This document shows positions 20,053 to 28,647 of a stretch of DNA of 41,651 nt, piece after piece (position 1 is the stretch's first letter; the number at the start of each line of letters is the position of its first letter). The translations under genes were made by a program, and so were the position numbers. The DNA comes from Alphaproteobacteria bacterium (GTDB taxonomy: Bacteria > Pseudomonadota > Alphaproteobacteria > UBA11222): NCBI GenBank assembly GCA_023252275.1, contig JAHHGO010000002.1, forward strand, positions 1 through 41,651, read 5' to 3'. The notes under the pieces are model-generated. The model worked only from the letters and a program-made list of their open reading frames with translations, was not told the origin of the DNA and searched no databases.

Positions 20053-20689
20053 CGCAGCAATAGCCATCCGGCATGAGGCGGGGCCTTATGGTGGATGAAT
20101 GGGTTTGTTCTAAAAAAAACCCAGAAAAATCAATGCTTCTCAGGCCCTAATCCTTGTTACATCTCATATGGCCGCAGCCTTGATGCCTGGCTTGCGCCAA
20201 CTGCTTTATTGAGCGGCTGATCCATTAATTCATCAAATCATCACATGACACGATTTCGCCTGTAAGCGCGCAACCAGCCTGGATTGGGCTCCACAAGGGG
20301 CAGAATGTATCAAAATTGCAACATGGGATTTAGGGGTTTAGGGTTTGTCTATACAGGTCTGCAGGTTTCCCGCATGCCCGCATTTTTCCGCCTGCAAAAT
20401 GACGGCGTCAAGGTCAAGACAATTATCTGCTTAAAACAAAAATTTTATTTCCCAATACCTATTGCACAAGGAAAATGACCTAGATACACTGTGAACGGTT
20501 GGTTAGCATCGCGTACAACAACAGATAAAATAATAGAAAATTTGAATAAATGTAACAGATATACTTATCTGATTGGGCAATTATTGACTATTATTTGGGC
20601 AGATCAAAGCATTAAATAAAGATTTACTTTTATTCGATATTTTTTTGCCGTTTTACTTTGTTATTAACCTCAATCCCGTTCAGGAAGAG
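20053..20689. other. About 640-bp AT-rich non-coding region upstream of the rhodanese gene and dnaA (candidate dnaA control region; oriC status unproven)
   Basis: There is no convincing ORF here. The region is markedly more AT-rich than its flanks, especially 20400-20660. It contains short repeats (GGGATTTA GGGGTTTA GGGTTTG at 20325-20346; CCCGCAT x2 at 20369-20383). Confidence 0.5.
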
Positions 20690-21166
20690 ATGACCGCATC
20701 CGAACCAAATCATCCGTTGCCTGAAGAAAATTCCTCTCTGGGATATGCTGGTGATCTTGATCCCATTCAGGCTTGGGAACTGTTGTCAAAAGAGCGCGAT
20801 TCTGTGCTGATTGATGTACGCACCAGCGCCGAATGGAATTTTATCGGCCTTTCCGATCTTTCATCCGTAGGCAAACAACCTGTCACAATTGAATGGCAGA
20901 GCCTGCCCGGCATGGCGCGCAATCCGGATTTTGACAAACAGGTTAAACAGGCTGTGGCGCAGTGCAATGCCGGCGCTGATAGCGCACTGATTTTTATCTG
21001 CCGATCCGGGGCGCGTTCACGCGATGCGGCCATCAGCCTTGCGCAACAGGGCTTCAGGCGCTGCTACAATCTGTCCGGCGGGTTCGAAGGGGACCTTGAT
21101 GCGGAACGGCATCGGGGTAACAAAAACGGGTGGAAATTCAAGGGGCTACCCTGGAAACAGGGATAA
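20690..21166 (+). CDS. Rhodanese-like domain protein
   Basis: Contains LIDVRTSAEWNFIG and the active-site loop FICRSGARS. ATG 20690 is preceded by CAGGAAGAG. Confidence 0.8.
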   Translation: MTASEPNHPLPEENSSLGYAGDLDPIQAWELLSKERDSVLIDVRTSAEWNFIGLSDLSSVGKQPVTIEWQSLPGMARNPDFDKQVKQAVAQCNAGADSALIFICRSGARSRDAAISLAQQGFRRCYNLSGGFEGDLDAERHRGNKNGWKFKGLPWKQG

Positions 21167-21199
21167 ATACCATTACGGCAAGCACTGTGGGGGCGCTAA

Positions 21200-22753
21200 A
21201 TGACTAACATTAATCCTGACACGGATGGGCCGGAGGCTACGCCATCTGCCCCCCGGATTGCCGCTTCAGGAACCATTTCAGACAGGACGCCAGTGGAAAA
21301 TTCAACAGAGATTTCGTCCCATGAAGCCGCACAACAATGGCAGCAGGTGGTGGCCATTCTGCGCCGGGATCTGGGCGAGGCCACCTATCAGAACTGGTTG
21401 TGCATTATCGGATGCGACCGCATTGAGGGGGGGTGTGCGCTACTTACAGCGCCCAGCCGTTTCAAACGCGACTGGATCACGGCGCATCTGGGCGATCAAA
21501 TGCTGAAGGCCTGGGGCGCCGTTAACAGCCAGGTGCTGCGGCTGGATATTCTCGCCCGGGAAACCAGTCCGGCGGCGGGCGCCGGAAATGTTCCGCTTGG
21601 CGGCGCGAATAGCGGCAATTCAGCCGCCGTTAGCTCGGGCTTCGCCCAGGCGCAGCCGGCGGCGATCATCCGGTCCGAAATCCAGGCTGACCCCCGCAAC
21701 GGGCAATATGGCCGTCTGGGCGCGCCCCTCGACCCGCGCTTTACCTTTGAAGATTTCGTGGTTGGTAAATCCAACGAATTTGCCAGCGCCGCCGCGCGCC
21801 GCGTGGCCGAAAGCGACACGCCCCCCTTTAACCCGCTGTTTCTGCATGGCGGCGTCGGGCTGGGCAAAACCCATTTGATGCACGCCATTGCGCACGCCAT
21901 CCGCGCCCGGCGTCCGGAACGCACCGTATTGTATCTTTCGGCCGAAAAATTCATGTACCAGTTCATCAAGGCGCTGCGCGACAAGGACACCATGCCCTTC
22001 AAGGAGGCGCTGCGTTCCGTGGACGTGCTGATGGTGGACGATGTGCAGTTTATCGGCGGCAAGGGCTCCACGCAGGAAGAGTTTTTCCATACTTTCAACG
22101 CCCTGATCGATCATCAGAAACAGCTGATCATTTCAGCGGACCGTTCGCCATCAGATCTGGATGGCATTGAGGAACGCATCCGTTCGCGGCTGGGCTGGGG
22201 TCTGGTTGCGGATATTCACCCGACGGATTATGAGCTGCGCCTTGGTATTTTACAGGGCAAGGCCGAAATCGCCCGCCGCCAGATACCGGATATTGAAATT
22301 GCCGAGCCAGTGCTGGAATTTCTGGCCCATCGCATCAATTCCAATGTGCGCGATGTCGAAGGCGCGCTGACCCGGGTGATTGCGTTTGCAACCCTGGTGC
22401 GGCGTCCGATCACCGTGGATATGGCGCGCGAGGTGTTGCAGGACCTGTTGCGGGCCAGCGAACGGCGCATCACGATCGATGAAATTCAGCGCAAGGCCGC
22501 CGAATATTTCAATATCCGCCTTGCCGATATGCTGTCGGCCCGGCGCGCACGCGCCGTCGCCCGGCCCCGCCAGGTCGCCATGTATCTGGCCAAGCAATTG
22601 ACCGCCCGCTCGCTGCCGGAAATAGGCCGCAAATTTGGCGGACGGGATCATACCACCGTCATTCACGCGGTGCGGCGCATCGAACAGCTTCGGGAAAGCG
22701 ACAATGCGCTGAACGAGGATGTCGAGAAATTGCAGAGGCTGTTACAGGGCTAG
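21200..22753 (+). CDS. dnaA: Chromosomal replication initiator protein DnaA
   Basis: Contains the AAA+ Walker [15 protein letters not shown], the box VII/sensor regions, and the C-terminal DNA-binding helix [16 protein letters not shown]. Confidence 0.97.
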   Translation: MTNINPDTDGPEATPSAPRIAASGTISDRTPVENSTEISSHEAAQQWQQVVAILRRDLGEATYQNWLCIIGCDRIEGGCALLTAPSRFKRDWITAHLGDQMLKAWGAVNSQVLRLDILARETSPAAGAGNVPLGGANSGNSAAVSSGFAQAQPAAIIRSEIQADPRNGQYGRLGAPLDPRFTFEDFVVGKSNEFASAAARRVAESDTPPFNPLFLHGGVGLGKTHLMHAIAHAIRARRPERTVLYLSAEKFMYQFIKALRDKDTMPFKEALRSVDVLMVDDVQFIGGKGSTQEEFFHTFNALIDHQKQLIISADRSPSDLDGIEERIRSRLGWGLVADIHPTDYELRLGILQGKAEIARRQIPDIEIAEPVLEFLAHRINSNVRDVEGALTRVIAFATLVRRPITVDMAREVLQDLLRASERRITIDEIQRKAAEYFNIRLADMLSARRARAVARPRQVAMYLAKQLTARSLPEIGRKFGGRDHTTVIHAVRRIEQLRESDNALNEDVEKLQRLLQG

Positions 22754-22773
22754 TTTTTCAGCCGCATTTACAC

Positions 22774-22805
22774 GGATTCCGGATGCGATTTTACTGCCGG
22801 AATCC
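22774..22805. promoter_or_regulatory. Inverted repeat carrying two GANTC sites in the dnaA-dnaN spacer
   Basis: GGATTCCGG-N14-CCGGAATCC forms perfect 9-bp arms. GATTC lies at 22775-22779 and GAATC at 22800-22804, with a third GATTC at 22823-22827. Confidence 0.35.
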
Positions 22806-22909
22806 TCACGCTCTGCTATACTGATTCGTAGCTTATACGCCCCCTCCTCCAACCTATCCGGATCGCGGGCGGTCCCCCGCAGGAGGCTACGAACAGGAAC
22901 GGTCTGAGA

Positions 22910-24049
22910 ATGAAATTCACCATCGAAAGAACAGTTCTTCTGCGCTCGCTGGGTCATGTGCAAAGCATTGTGGAACGGCGCACAACTATTCCAATCCTGT
23001 CCAATGTTTTGTTACAGGCGCGTGACGGAAAACTGGATCTGACCGCAACCGATCTGGACATTGCGGTGCGGGAATCGGCTGAAGCAAATGTGACGCAAGC
23101 CGGGGCCACAACCGCGCCCGCCCATACCCTGCATGACATTGTGCGCAAACTGCCGGAAGGCGCGCAGGTTGAAATTTCACTCGATGCGGATAATGGCCGG
23201 CTATTGTTAAAGGCCGGCCGCTCGGAATTTCACCTGTCCTGCCTGCCCGCCGCCGACTTTCCCGCAATGGATGCGGAAAGCACCGGCAAGACAGCCGATG
23301 CCGCATCGCAATTTGTCATTGCCGCGGCGGATTTGAAGCGGCTGATCGACAAGACGCGGTTTGCGATCTCCACCGAAGAAACCAGATATTATCTGAATGG
23401 CATCTATCTGCATGTGGTCAAGACCGGTGGCGTGACCATGCTGCGCGCCGTCGCTACGGATGGGCACCGGCTGGCGCGGGTGGAACTGCCGGCGCCCAGC
23501 GGCGCGGATGCAATGCCGGGCATTATCCTGCCGCGCAAGGCGGTGCTGGAACTGCACAAGCTGATCGACGGCGTAACCGGCGATGTGGCGGTTAACGTGA
23601 CCCCGGCCAAGATACGCTTTGCCTTTGATCATGTGACCCTGAGCACCAAACTGATCGACGGGACATTTCCTGATTATACCCGCGTCATTCCCACGACGAA
23701 TGACAAGCTGATGGAAGTTAATAATCTGCTGTTGCGTCAGGCGGTGGATCGGGTGTCGACCATATCGTCGGAAAAGTCGCGCGCTGTAAAAGTCAATCTG
23801 GGTAAAAACCAGATGACGGTATCGGTGAAAAATCCCGATCAGGGAAGCGCCAGCGAAGAACTGGCCGTCAGCTATACGGCGACGCCGATCGAGGTGGGTT
23901 TCAATGCGCGCTATCTGCTGGATGTGGCCGCGCAGATCGACGGCGACAATGCGATATTTGAATTTTTTGATGCGCATTCGCCCGCGCTGATCCGCGACAG
24001 CGGCGATGCGTCGGCGCAATATGTGCTCATGCCCATGCGGGTGGCGTGA
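22910..24049 (+). CDS. dnaN: DNA polymerase III beta sliding clamp
   Basis: A 379-aa protein beginning MKFTIERTVLLRSLGHVQSIVERRTTIPILSNVLL and ending ..YVLMPMRV. It sits in the canonical position after dnaA. Confidence 0.95.
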   Translation: MKFTIERTVLLRSLGHVQSIVERRTTIPILSNVLLQARDGKLDLTATDLDIAVRESAEANVTQAGATTAPAHTLHDIVRKLPEGAQVEISLDADNGRLLLKAGRSEFHLSCLPAADFPAMDAESTGKTADAASQFVIAAADLKRLIDKTRFAISTEETRYYLNGIYLHVVKTGGVTMLRAVATDGHRLARVELPAPSGADAMPGIILPRKAVLELHKLIDGVTGDVAVNVTPAKIRFAFDHVTLSTKLIDGTFPDYTRVIPTTNDKLMEVNNLLLRQAVDRVSTISSEKSRAVKVNLGKNQMTVSVKNPDQGSASEELAVSYTATPIEVGFNARYLLDVAAQIDGDNAIFEFFDAHSPALIRDSGDASAQYVLMPMRVA

Positions 24050-24083
24050 TACGCCATCCCGCAGCCCCCCCGCAATGGGTTTT

Positions 24084-24113
24084 GCACGCAATGGCCCATA
24101 TGGGTTCGCGTGC
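24084..24113. repeat. Hairpin in the dnaN-recF spacer
   Basis: GCACGC ... GCGTGC arms enclose the perfect palindrome CCCATATGGG. CGCAATGG occurs twice (24071 and 24087). Confidence 0.35.
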
Positions 24114-24228
24114 GCTATTGAAGTTTCGGCTGCCATGCTGAACAGCGCCGTTTAAGGAATTTGTCAGGGTGTTAGCGCAATCACCAATATCAGAGGCGCC
24201 CGGCCTTGCAACGGCCATCGCGGTGCGT

Positions 24229-24611
24229 ATGCTGAAAGTCACGAATTTCCGCTGTTACGCTCAGGCCAGCCTGAATCTGGATGGCCGTCCGGTGGTGCTG
24301 ACGGGCGAGAATGGCGCGGGCAAAACCAATTTGCTGGAAGCGCTGTCCTTTTTGTCGCCGGGGCGCGGCCTGCGCTGGGCGCGGCTTTCGGAAGTCACCC
24401 GGATTGGAGCGGACACAAATTGCTGGGCCGTGGCGGCCAGCCTGAACGCTTCGCATTGCAGCGGCGCGCCGGCGCGCATCAGCACCGGATTAGTCAGCGC
24501 ATCCGATACGGGCCATGCGCTGGAACGCCGCACCGTGCGCATTGATGGGGAAACCCAATCCTCCAGCGCGGTGCTTTCACAATTTTTGTCGGTGATCTGG
24601 CTGACGCCGGA
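24229..24611 (+). pseudogene. recF: recF, 5' fragment only (about 128 codons)
   Basis: MLKVTNFRCY...LTGENGAGKTNLLEALSFLSPGRGLR...RIDGE...LSVIWLTP matches the RecF N-terminal region. The resemblance stops at WLTP, and the frame then reads antisense ffh and stops at 24651. A start at 24223 or 24169 is also possible. Confidence 0.8.
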
Positions 24612-25022
24612 TAGCGACGCCATCAATACTTTTTTGCGATCCCGGGTCTGAAACCGCAGCGCCAGCTTGGCCGTTGTGGTGGTTTTGCCCGAACCCTGCA
24701 GGCCGACCATCAGCACCGGCACCGGCGAAGGCGCGTTGAGATCAATCCCCTGCGATGTGGAGCCCAGCATTTCCACCAGATTGTCATGCACAATCTTGAT
24801 GACCATCTGGCCGGGGGTGATGGATTTGATTACTTCCTGGCCAACGGCGCGGGTGCGCACCCTGGCGATGAAATCACGCGCCACCGGCAGGGCCACATCG
24901 GCTTCCAGAAGCGCCCGGCGTACTTCGCGCAGGGCTGCATCCACGTCCGCTTCGCTTAACGCGGCCTGCTTGCGCAGGGCGTCGAATATAGTGCTCAGCC
25001 GGTCTGAAAGCGTTTCAAACAT
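24612..25022 (-). pseudogene. ffh: ffh (signal recognition particle protein), 5' fragment only (137 codons)
   Basis: MFETLSDRLSTIFDALR...LREVRRALLEADVALPVARDFI...VLMVGLQGSGKTTTTAKLA...KKVLMASL is the Ffh N domain plus the start of the G domain. After ..MASL the 253-aa track ORF is just antisense recF. Confidence 0.85.
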
Positions 25023-25198
25023 AAGGGGTTAGCCCAATTACAAAGCAAAATTGCGCCAGTGGGCGAAACCTCGCTGACTGGCGGTACGGCGTTCTTGACC
25101 CGAAATGTGGTGGATCGGCTGGGAAACTAGGCGCGCTTTGGAGTAGTGTCAAGCAATTGTAGGGATTCGCAGCCTGAATAAAGTAAGGAATATCCGCC

Positions 25199-25687
25199 AT
25201 GTCATATCCCGGTTTAGCCGCCCTGTCCGCCGCCGCCGCCAGATTATTGATTGCGAACGGACAGACGGTGGCGGTTGCCGAATCTTCATGCGGCGGGCTG
25301 ATTTCCGCGGCGCTGGTGGCGGTTCCCGGCGCTTCGGCCTTCTATATAGGCGGCGGCATTGTCTATACCGCGCAGGGCGGCAAGGTGTTGCTGCCGGGGC
25401 GTCCGAAAGGCATGAAGTCCGCGACTACGGATTTTGCGCTGTTTGAAGCGCGCTCTATCCGCACAAGAATGGGCGCCGACTGGGGCATTGGTGAAACCGG
25501 GGCCAGCGGCCCAAGCGGCAATCCCTATGGCAATCCGCCGGGCCATGCCTGTGTCGCGGTCAGTGGCCCCGTTGAACGCGCGCTTGTGCTGTCCACGGGA
25601 AGCGCCGATCGCGAGGCCAATATGTGGGCCTTCGCAAAAGCAGCCCTTGATCTGCTGGCGGAGCTAGCGTCAAAAGGCGGTAGATAG
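25199..25687 (+). CDS. CinA-family protein (C-terminal PncC-type nicotinamide-nucleotide amidohydrolase domain only)
   Basis: LLIANGQTVAVAESSCGGLISAALVAVPGASAFYIGGGIVYT and ..GIGETGASGP.. are typical of the CinA C-terminal domain. Confidence 0.85.
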   Translation: MSYPGLAALSAAAARLLIANGQTVAVAESSCGGLISAALVAVPGASAFYIGGGIVYTAQGGKVLLPGRPKGMKSATTDFALFEARSIRTRMGADWGIGETGASGPSGNPYGNPPGHACVAVSGPVERALVLSTGSADREANMWAFAKAALDLLAELASKGGR

Positions 25688-25711
25688 AATCTTGCTGATT
25701 CGCATGAAATG

Positions 25712-25776
25712 CCTAGGGCAATCTGCATTAAGTTCGAGCCATGAGGCTCGAACTTAATGCGGAAAGCTGCTCTAGG
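25712..25776. repeat. Long palindromic hairpin element downstream of cinA
   Basis: A perfect 16-bp stem, GCATTAAGTTCGAGCC / GGCTCGAACTTAATGC (25725-25740 / 25745-25760), has a 4-nt loop. A second helix, CCTAGGGCA / TGCTCTAGG (8 of 9 bp), extends it across an asymmetric bulge. No U-tract follows. Confidence 0.6.
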
Positions 25777-25790
25777 ACAAGATTAGTGTA

Positions 25791-25806
25791 TTAATCAATT
25801 ATTAAC
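25791..25806. promoter_or_regulatory. CtrA-box-like motif TTAA-N7-TTAAC upstream of the secretin gene
   Basis: TTAATCAATTATTAAC matches the TTAA-N7-TTAAC consensus exactly. It lies about 100 nt upstream of ATG 25904, in an AT-rich spacer. Confidence 0.35.
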
Positions 25807-25903
25807 CTTAATAATTAACTATTTCAGCCAATAAGCGGTTTGTCAGACATAGCGTCATTTACCCATTATTGCTGGACAAGGGCGTCATGAGAGCAGGCAT
25901 TGC

Positions 25904-27853
25904 ATGAAATTGGCCTTAAGTTTTAGCCATCCCGATAGTGGAAAGGTCCGCACTCTTTATTGCCGCGCCGCATTGACAGCCCTGCTGTTGCTGGCCGGGT
26001 GCAGCAACCTGTCGCAACCTGATTTCGACAAACAGGACCGCACCGCCGGAATGACCCGGGATGATTATCGCGATGCGCTGAAGCCGCGCGCGCCGGAAAA
26101 TGACGCTTCCATCCCGCCGCCGCCAATTCCCCAGGCGGAACCCCTTATCCCGATGCCGAATCTGGCGCTGCCGGCCAATGCCAGGCTGGTGACGATTTCG
26201 GTCAATGAAGATGTGCCGCTGCGCGATGTGCTGAGCGAACTTGCGCAACAGGCCAATGTCGGGCTGGAGCTGGATCCGCGCATTACCGGCAGCCTTATTT
26301 TCTCGGTGCGCCAGCGCCCCTTTGAGGAGGTGGTTGACCGCATCGCGGACATGGCTGATCTGCGCTACGACCTTGAAGGCAATGTGCTGCGCATTGAGCG
26401 CGATCTGCCCTATTTGCAGAATTATCGCATCGATTATCTGAATGTCGTGCGCGACACCAGCAGCTCCGTTTCCACCACTGTCGATGTGGTGGGCGGTGAA
26501 TCGGTGGGCGGCGAAGGCGGCGGCCAGGGCAACAGTTCCGCAAGCGAGGTCAAAAGCGAATCCAAAAATAATTTCTGGGAGGAGCTTGAATCAAATATCG
26601 GTATGCTGATGAATCGTAGTTCGCAGCGGGAAAGCCTGCTGTCGGGGTCTGGCGCGGCCGGCGCCGAAGCCGATATTTTCGCTGATGTTCCCGCCCCTCA
26701 GTCCGCCGTGCCCAATCCCCTGCCAATAGTCCCGGCGGTGGCGCAACCGGAATCGGGGGCTGCTGCATCCGGCGGCGCGCCCGCGCCGGCAGCCGTTGCC
26801 GCAGTTGTGCAGGCGGCGGGCGGCGGCGCATCTCCTTTCCCCGCAACTGCCGCTGCAGTCCAGGCGGAGCAACCCGCCGACGCTGAAAGCCCCAATCAGC
26901 GTCCTTACAGCATCAACCGGGTTGCCGGCCTGCTCAATGTCTATGGCAGCCAGCGCCAGCACAAAATGATCGAAACCTATCTGCGCAAGCTTCGCCGCGC
27001 CATAGCGGGCCAGGTGCTGATCGAGGCGAAAGTGCTGGAAGTGCAGCTATCGGATAATTTTTCAAGCGGCATCAACTGGGCGGGCGTTCTGGGCGCGGCG
27101 ACCGGCGCTGCGCGGTTTGGCGATACCGTGGCCGTGCCGCAGACCCGGCCGTTTAATGATCTGAACACGGCGACGTCGGGCGTGGTGACCCTGGCGCTTG
27201 ATCGCAACGATCTTGATGCGGTCGCAAGCCTGGCGCAGCAATTCGGTACGGTGCGCACACTTTCCAGCCCGCGCCTCACAGTGCAGCACAATCAAAGCGC
27301 CGTGTTGAAGGTTGTTGAGAACCGGGTGTTTTTCGAACTGGATTTTGAACGCACCCTGCTTGACAATGGCGATGAACGCACGACGGTTGACAGCAATATC
27401 CGCACTGTTCCCGAAGGCGTCATCATCACCGTGCAGCCGTCCATTCACAGTGAGACGGATGAAATCGGCATGACGCTGCGCCCGACCATCACGCGCATTA
27501 CCGGCACCATCAATGATCCGGGCGTGTCGATTGCGTCCAACAATACGGTGCAATCGCCGGTGCCGATTATCGCCGTGCAGGAAATTGACAGTATGGTGAC
27601 GATGCGTTCCGGCCGCGTGCTGGTTATGGGTGGTTTGATGCAGGATACCAGCACAACCGGCGAAACCGGATTGCCCGGCGTCTCGGGTCTGCCAATTGTC
27701 GGCAATCTGTTCAAGGCGCGCAATGACATCAACAATCAGACCGAGCTGGTCATATTTCTGCGCGCCACCATCATAGAGGATAGCGGCGCCACCGCCGCCG
27801 ATATTGACCTTTACAAAACCTTCGGGCGCGACCGCCGTCCATTACCCTTCTAG
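25904..27853 (+). CDS. Secretin-family outer-membrane channel, lipoprotein type (MshL/PilQ/GspD-like)
   Basis: It has a lipobox (LLLLAGCS), an N-terminal secretin-N-like domain (DVLSELAQQANVGLELDP), a long Gly/Ala/Pro-rich linker, and a C-terminal secretin core (VRTLSSPRLTVQHNQSAVLKV, VPIIAVQEIDSMVTMRSGRVLVMGGL, LPGVSGLPIVGNLF, TELVIFLRATII). Confidence 0.85.
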   Translation: MKLALSFSHPDSGKVRTLYCRAALTALLLLAGCSNLSQPDFDKQDRTAGMTRDDYRDALKPRAPENDASIPPPPIPQAEPLIPMPNLALPANARLVTISVNEDVPLRDVLSELAQQANVGLELDPRITGSLIFSVRQRPFEEVVDRIADMADLRYDLEGNVLRIERDLPYLQNYRIDYLNVVRDTSSSVSTTVDVVGGESVGGEGGGQGNSSASEVKSESKNNFWEELESNIGMLMNRSSQRESLLSGSGAAGAEADIFADVPAPQSAVPNPLPIVPAVAQPESGAAASGGAPAPAAVAAVVQAAGGGASPFPATAAAVQAEQPADAESPNQRPYSINRVAGLLNVYGSQRQHKMIETYLRKLRRAIAGQVLIEAKVLEVQLSDNFSSGINWAGVLGAATGAARFGDTVAVPQTRPFNDLNTATSGVVTLALDRNDLDAVASLAQQFGTVRTLSSPRLTVQHNQSAVLKVVENRVFFELDFERTLLDNGDERTTVDSNIRTVPEGVIITVQPSIHSETDEIGMTLRPTITRITGTINDPGVSIASNNTVQSPVPIIAVQEIDSMVTMRSGRVLVMGGLMQDTSTTGETGLPGVSGLPIVGNLFKARNDINNQTELVIFLRATIIEDSGATAADIDLYKTFGRDRRPLPF

Positions 27854-27857
27854 CCGG

Positions 27858-28646
27858 ATGCGCGCGGGCCAGCTCACGCTCAGTACGGCATTGCTGCGCT
27901 ATATGTTTGCCTCCGCCGTGCGCGACCGGCTGTTTCTGGCGTTACCTGTGATGCTGGCGGTTGCGGCCGCGCTGGTTATTTTTCTCAGCGGCAGCGCAAT
28001 TATTGAACAGCGCGAAATGGCGGCGGCGCTGTTCGGCGCAACGAGCCGTGTACTGATTATTTTCGGCATGGTGATATTTGTCTGTTTTCATATCCGTCAG
28101 GCCATGACGGGCGGCGAGATAGCGCTGATTTTATCGCGGCCGGTTTCGCGCGGCGCATTCGTCCTGAGCTATTGCTTCAGTATGGTGTGTGCGGGGTTTA
28201 TCTGTGTGGCGGCGGGCCTTGTGATGGTGTGGCTGGGCGCGCGTCCGCCGCTTGGCGGTTTGCTGATCTGGGGGCTAACGCTCGCACTCGAAACCATGCT
28301 GATGATCCAGATGGCTATATTTTTCGGGCTGATTCTGAATAATGCCGTCAGCAGCGTTATGGCCTGTCTGGGATTTTACGTTCTGGCGCGGATGAGCGGC
28401 CTGCTTGGCGCGCTGGCGGTCAAGGCCGATGCGGGCGGAGGGATGCCGGATGTTTTTCTGGGTTATGGTTTCAGGCTTATCTCGCTCGTCATTCCAAGGC
28501 TGGATTTCTTTACCCGCAGCGAATGGCTTGTATATGGCGTGAATGGCGGCGAGCCGGGCCTGGGCTGGCCGCTGCTTCAGGCGCTGGTGTTTGCGCCACT
28601 GATCCTGGCCGCCACCATGATCGATTTCAGCCGCAAGCGGTTATGA
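27858..28646 (+). CDS. Polytopic membrane protein with an ABC-2/NosY-like permease signature; no ATPase partner nearby
   Basis: It has about 6 predicted TM segments. The motif GGEIALILSRPVSRGAFVLSY resembles the E-x-GT-xE-LLxxPVSR motif of ABC-2 permeases (compare 13388-14122). It starts 4 nt after the secretin stop. Confidence 0.55.
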   Translation: MRAGQLTLSTALLRYMFASAVRDRLFLALPVMLAVAAALVIFLSGSAIIEQREMAAALFGATSRVLIIFGMVIFVCFHIRQAMTGGEIALILSRPVSRGAFVLSYCFSMVCAGFICVAAGLVMVWLGARPPLGGLLIWGLTLALETMLMIQMAIFFGLILNNAVSSVMACLGFYVLARMSGLLGALAVKADAGGGMPDVFLGYGFRLISLVIPRLDFFTRSEWLVYGVNGGEPGLGWPLLQALVFAPLILAATMIDFSRKRL

Positions 28647-28647
28647 T

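Noticed and set aside
20325-20346. Telomere-like GGGTTTA repeats as a G-quadruplex
   Set aside because: Only three closely spaced G-tracts are present, and the fourth is about 25 nt away. This is insufficient to call a G4, so it is noted only as a repeat.
20284-20478. 64-aa ORF inside the AT-rich spacer
   Set aside because: It has no Shine-Dalgarno sequence, an unusual composition, and lies in a region that otherwise looks regulatory. I treat it as non-coding.
20053-21199. Calling this interval oriC outright
   Set aside because: I could not find DnaA boxes with fewer than 2 mismatches to TTATCCACA, nor a clear DUE plus box array. Many alphaproteobacterial origins are not next to dnaA. It is kept as a hypothesis in the findings, not annotated as a feature.
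23207-24136. 309-aa ORF antisense to dnaN
   Set aside because: Shadow ORF; dnaN on the plus strand is unambiguous.
24261-24611. The distal 116 codons of the 253-aa track ORF (24261-25022)
   Set aside because: Ffh similarity ends at 24612. The remainder is a chance open frame running antisense through the recF fragment, not coding sequence.
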